Source: Spizellomyces punctatus DAOM BR117 (Eukaryota). From it: a stretch of DNA of 64,000 bases. Position 1 is the first letter of the stretch; each line of letters starts with the position of its first letter. The notes under the pieces were generated by a model that had not been told where the DNA came from, ran no database searches, and worked only from the letters and a program-made list of their open reading frames with translations. Both the position numbers and the translations under genes were made by a program. Below are positions 58,677 through 64,000 of the stretch, in pieces. Location of the stretch: the NCBI GenBank assembly GCA_000182565.2, contig KQ257450.1; one strand, written 5' to 3'.

Positions 58677-61621
58677 CCTGTACGTCGCCAGCGGCTACCC
58701 TCCATCGCAGAGCTTTGGTGCTGCAAATGCAACTGCCGGTCAAAGTCAATCGTGGATTTAAAGCACGTGCTCGGTGAGATTCGCAATATAAACAAAAGCG
58801 ATGGCTGTTCATTCGCAAATCTCCGGGAGGTACGCAAGTTTGCCGTATGATCATGGTAGATCTGGGGCCAATTTCCTTACAATGTTTTCCAATTGGTGAA
58901 CGGGTTGCCGTGAATACCTGCGATAATAAGGCGTACTTGAATCCTTCCACATCAATTTCGATGGTACTCGAATGAATTTACTGCTAATTTGACAAGATTT
59001 TCTGCAAGTAGTTGTCCAAAACTTCCACCACAGTGAGCAGTAACAAATCAGATCATGAACGGATTCTGAATCCTTTCACCGCTTGATTCATGCAAGCAAA
59101 TTGCTTTCACATATGTCAATCATTGCATTAAGACATTGCTTCTTGAAGTTCACATTTAAGCCTGTACAGTACCTGAAGCGTCAACCGTGTGCTATCAATT
59201 ATGGCCTTCAGAATGCAGTCGCTTCAGGACTCGCTGCTGACAATCGCCTAATCAACCGCATGATAGTTCATATTTCGACCTACTCAAGAATGATTTCACA
59301 CTGGTTGATCTTACTGGCGAATGACAATAAGGAAATAACTACACATAGAGCATATTTATTGTTCCNNNNNNNNNNNNNNNNNNNNNNNNNNNNNNNNNNN
59401 NNNNNNNNNNNNNNNNNNNNNNNNNNNNNNNNNNNNNNNNNNNNNNNNNNNNNNNNNNNNNNNNNNNNNNNNNNNNNNNNNNNNNNNNNNNNNNNNNNNN
59501 NNNNNNNNNNNNNNNNNNNNNNNNNNNNNNNNNNNNNNNNNNNNNNNNNNNNNNNNNNNNNNNNNNNNNNNNNNNNNNNNNNNNNNNNGTCCAGGTCTCT
59601 ATCGAAGGACGTTCAGTCGTCTCCGAGTCACCTTGCTTCTGCCACTCAAAATTTTGACACTCTTCTACGGGCCGAATTGACATCTCTAGTATCGGCGATT
59701 CTTCCTCGTAACACGTTCGGACCTCCATGCCCCATTTCCAACCTTTGACCGCAGTTCCGTGCAGGGGCAGAAAGGGAACCTCGTCGAAAAAGTCTTCCAT
59801 CGACCACTACTAGGAACTCTTTGAATGGAGTGAGAACACTAATCTGAGTTGACCGATGCATGGATCTTTCCTTTAAATCGAGATAAAAGTGGGATATGGA
59901 ATGTTTGTATATGCTGCACTCCAACGGCACCAAAGATTGTCAATGCCGCTGCTGATCAGTGGGGTCCACTAGCAGAACTGGACAAAGTTATCGGGTCTTC
60001 ACCGTCCGCATGTGTCTCAAAAAGCGAATCTCCAAGATATCATCCATGACAGGAACCATAGAAGCTGTGCGTGCCCCAGTGCAGCATGGTACCCACCATT
60101 TGTGTTCCGTCTACAGAATTGCCGTGGTATGCGAGAACTCGATGTGATTTTGATTCATCGTATAGAATCATGACACTTGAGATATTGGGTGCTATTACGA
60201 CACCCCGCCCTTCTCTGACGGACATTGCCAGCAGATACGGTTCACTTCTGTCAGAGAAAAGAGCCAGCAGGACAAGAGCAACTACTAGCTCAGTCGCCGA
60301 GCCGATTTCACAGTTTCCAAAGCAAGCTCGAGTGACAAGGGATTGATAACGGCAATGGGTCCGTTTCGCTAATGTACAGCAGAGGAGTGCGCCTCCTGTA
60401 TGCGCCGCAAGGTCTTGAGTTCGCTCAAGGTGTTCAACCATGAATGTAAATGCCATATCATCATTGCGGTGTGATTGTAATTATGGTGGGGTAACAGGAC
60501 TGACATGTTGATCAGTTCAGATAAGATTAACATATATTGCAGGATCTATCAAATAGACATTTACAACCACCTGGGCTCGATTACAATAAGTGTACACGGG
60601 TAAAACTTAACAAATATTGCTCTAGTGGTCCAGGTTAGCAGTACCCATCAATTCATCAACAGTAATAATATGCTTCTAAGCTTTGATGGAAACCCGTGCC
60701 TTCACATATTCGAAAAATATGATGGGAGTTGCAGCCGATAGAACTGGGTACCCCTTTCGAAGCGAACATGCCGCTGCCATTCTGCTTTGGCAGTGCCCCT
60801 GCACAGCTGGTAGAGACAGGTGGCCACCGAAGCGATCCAAGGCTGGTGATCCTCCCGCTAGCACACGGCGTAGTGTAATCAACAGTTGAACTGCCACAGG
60901 TGCTTATTTCAGCTGTCATTGAAAGCATACTGGATGCAACATACTGGACGCAATTGAGCGGTGAGTACCTTCGGGCTAAAATGGACTGACAGTCGCTTAA
61001 ATAGTCGATAACCATGTTTCTTCTGTCATTTGTCCCACAAAGTGAGCGTAGCCTTGTAGGCAATATCGCGTGGGCTTGCTGACTGCAAGAACCACTGAAA
61101 GTGTTTGGATATGATTTAAAGTTGTGTTGGTATGCATGTTCTCATTTTTCATCCTTTTCATCCTTTATCACAGGCCCTTCCCCCGAAGAGGATGCCATCA
61201 TCACCCGAAGGCTCCGGCGAGTCGTTGCTCCTTTCATTTCTGGCGCGCGCAAACGATCAGTCCCNNNNNNNNNNNNNNNNNNNNNNNNNNNNNNNNNNNN
61301 NNNNNNNNNNNNNNNNNNNNNNNNNNNNNNNNNNNNNNNNNNNNNNNNNNNNNNNNNNNNNNNNCCGATGCTTCCGCCACCGTTATATGTCACGTCTAGT
61401 TCCGCTGACTATGAATATTCGATCAATGTTATTCATCTCGATCCGTTTATGAAGACATCGAGACCACGACGCTTACTACAGCGAGATCCTCAGCAATCCC
61501 CTTGAGTAATCGGACACCGTGAATCTTCGGCGCATAATCCCCCAGAGAGATATCTGTCACTTCGATGTATGACTGTCATATAGGCAACTCGTTAATATGT
61601 TTACATATTTTGGACCACAAG

Positions 61622-62433
61622 GCCCCACCCATGACTAGATTCGTACCACGAACGAGTTTCCCTTCAGTTTAACATTAATCTTCTCTGTCCACTTAGCCTT
61701 GGCTTTCTTCTTGAACAGCTCGCTCCCTCTCAGCGCCAAGAAAAATCTGTGTGCAAGAACATTGATCCAGTGGCATTGCTCAGTTTCTGCCATTGCAATG
61801 GGTTCATTGTCTTGATCGAGGGGAGTCGATCCCGGTTTCTTTGACCGAGAGGGTCGTAGCAATGCATCGTTATCCCCAGGTGTCAAAGCTTGACGCAAGA
61901 ATTCCACAACGTTCTCCGGCCAGGGTTCGTGATGCTCTCGTGTCTGATGGTGTGCAGAGCTGCTGGTTGTTTTGTGTTTGCTCTCGAGCAGCTCATCTTT
62001 GAGGATTTCATGGTCAGCCGCCGTTCCCGTCCCTTCAGGGCCGCCAGTCACACCAATAAACTCTTTGGCAAAGGAAGGGCGGTCACCAGCAGACACCTTG
62101 AAGAGACGACGGGATGGGTCGAGAAAGTGACTGACAAGGCGAAAAACGAGGAATGCTTCTATCGCCAAGACCGACAGAATGCCAAAGAAGAGGCCTTTTA
62201 TAAACGAGGAAGTACCCGTTGATGTCGCATGCTGAACCGCCTCTTCTGAAAAGAAGCCTTGCAAGGTCATCCTGTACGTCGCCAGCGGCTACCCTCCATC
62301 GCAGAGCTTTGGTGCTGCAAATGCAACTGCCGGTCAAAGTCAATCGTGGATTTAAAGCACGTGCTCGGTGAGATTCGCAATATAAACAAAAGCGATGGCT
62401 GTTCATTCGCAAATCTCCGGGAGGTACGCAAGT
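61622..62433. repeat. Near-identical duplicate of 58027-58839 (5' part of the SMP gene)
   Basis: The track gives the same translations for both copies (e.g. 58676- and 62270-start ORFs); both copies border N gaps. Confidence 0.9.
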
Positions 62434-63018
62434 NNNNNNNNNNNNNNNNNNNNNNNNNNNNNNNNNNNNNNNNNNNNNNNNNNNNNNNNNNNNNNNNNNN
62501 NNNNNNNNNNNNNNNNNNNNNNNNNNNNNNNNNNNNNNNNNNNNNNNNNNNNNNNNNNNNNNNNNNNNNNNNNNNNNNNNNNNNNNNNNNNNNNNNNNNN
62601 NNNNNNNNNNNNNNNNNNNNNNNNNNNNNNNNNNNNNNNNNNNNNNNNNNNNNNNNNNNNNNNNNNNNNNNNNNNNNNNNNNNNNNNNNNNNNNNNNNNN
62701 NNNNNNNNNNNNNNNNNNNNNNNNNNNNNNNNNNNNNNNNNNNNNNNNNNNNNNNNNNNNNNNNNNNNNNNNNNNNNNNNNNNNNNNNNNNNNNNNNNNN
62801 NNNNNNNNNNNNNNNNNNNNNNNNNNNNNNNNNNNNNNNNNNNNNNNNNNNNNNNNNNNNNNNNNNNNNNNNNNNNNNNNNNNNNNNNNNNNNNNNNNNN
62901 NNNNNNNNNNATCAGTCTACGATTAGAAACATTAAAAATTGGCAACTTGAGATAAAAAAAACTAAAAACATTAAACTCCAGCATTCTATGCAACTTGTTT
63001 GGCACAGGCACATCCGCC

Positions 63019-63935
63019 TCATAGTCCCAGGGTTTGCCTTCGCAACACCTCCTTCCCACAAAGCTCCATCATTTCAATAAGTGTCTCGGCTTTAAACGGT
63101 TTTGAGATGTGTCCATCCATTCCAGCTCGTATACAAAGATCCTTATCTGTATCCCTGGCATTGGCAGTTAAGGCATAAATGGTTGGTTGGTGAATGTCCG
63201 GGTCGCTACGTATGAGACGTGTTGCCTCAACCCCAGACATAGTAGGCATCTGCATGTCCTGATGAGGTGAGCGAAAAGATCGATGAGTCTTGCGATTTAC
63301 ATGGAGGTCCAGATGTTCGACAATATACCATGAGAATGAGATCGTATTTCTTCTTTTTGCATGCGTCGACTGCTTCCTGACCATTGCCTGCTATGTCAGC
63401 TGTGTAGCCTAACCTCTGAAATAACCAGAACATCATTCAATAGTCGGTCATACAGATACTCATTCACCTTGATCTACCTGTAACATCCGTAGACATAGCT
63501 TTTGATTAACAGGATTGTCTTCCGCCATTAATATACTCATCGGAAACTTCTCGGCCAATCTCGCCGCCTCTCGCTGGACTTTGACTTCCTCCTTTGTGAT
63601 ATTCGCGGACTCTTCCGAACTACAAACTCTCATCTCTAGCGAAAAACAAAACGTACTTCCGTGCCCCTCCCGGCTCTCAACAGTCAGTTTGCCATAGTTG
63701 GGATCCATCATTTGAACCAGTCGTTGCGAAATAGCGAGCCCCAGTCCTGTTCCCCCGTACTTTCGTGATGTCGAGTTATCAATCTGCGAAAATGGTTTAA
63801 ATAGGAGGTGTCGACGATCATCCGGGATACCAATTCCAGTGTCTTTAATCCGAAAGTGGACGAGAAAGCGGCTTGAATCCAAATGATCATAGTCAATGTT
63901 GACTACTACTTCGCCGTGGTTTGTGAATTTCACCT
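63019..63935 (-). CDS. Hybrid histidine kinase, C-terminal HATPase_c + receiver domain (partial, multi-exon)
   Basis: KFTNHGEV, DTGIGI, FKPFSQ, GGTGLGL, GSTF; receiver AEDNPVNQ, DLILMDMQMP, ALTANA, SKPF. Confidence 0.93.
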
Positions 63936-64000
63936 ATATTGGCTTTAGTACCAAAGCACCCCACGTTCAATCACACAGGATAATTGTCCAAACGTACTGC

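Noticed and set aside
59589-61264. Possible gene or transposon fragments between gaps
   Set aside because: Fragmentary ORFs without identifiable motifs in a poorly assembled region.

Overview
This is eukaryotic (fungal) DNA with short GT-AG introns. The Fanzor1 sequence, recognised from memory, points to the chytrid Spizellomyces punctatus or a close relative. Bases 1 to ~18,960 are an AT-rich, intron-free, gene-dense endogenous Polinton-like/adintovirus-type DNA virus whose left end lies outside the window. It encodes two tandem fibre-like paralogs, a minor capsid protein (penton), an A32-like packaging ATPase, a double jelly-roll major capsid protein, a small Arg-rich core-like protein, a protein-primed PolB and a retroviral-type integrase. 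The virus abuts the 3' part of a Fanzor1 (eukaryotic TnpB) gene that keeps its RuvC motifs, omegaRNA scaffold, right end and guide, which suggests the virus integrated into a Fanzor element. Six genes in this block are each broken by one in-frame TGA with no frameshift, consistent with CpG-deamination decay. The rest is host genes: fimbrin-type ABD/coiled-coil protein, UreD, FHA-HMG protein, alpha/beta hydrolase, Trm82, an unusual PAZ-Zn knuckle-FKBP-TPR fusion, a velvet protein, a coiled-coil/CBM48 protein, an SDR, a Sel1-repeat protein, Nop56, an SMP-START-GOLD protein and a hybrid histidine kinase. There are several assembly gaps and one probably artefactual duplication. All calls are from manual motif reading; no searches were run, and intron-containing gene boundaries are approximate.
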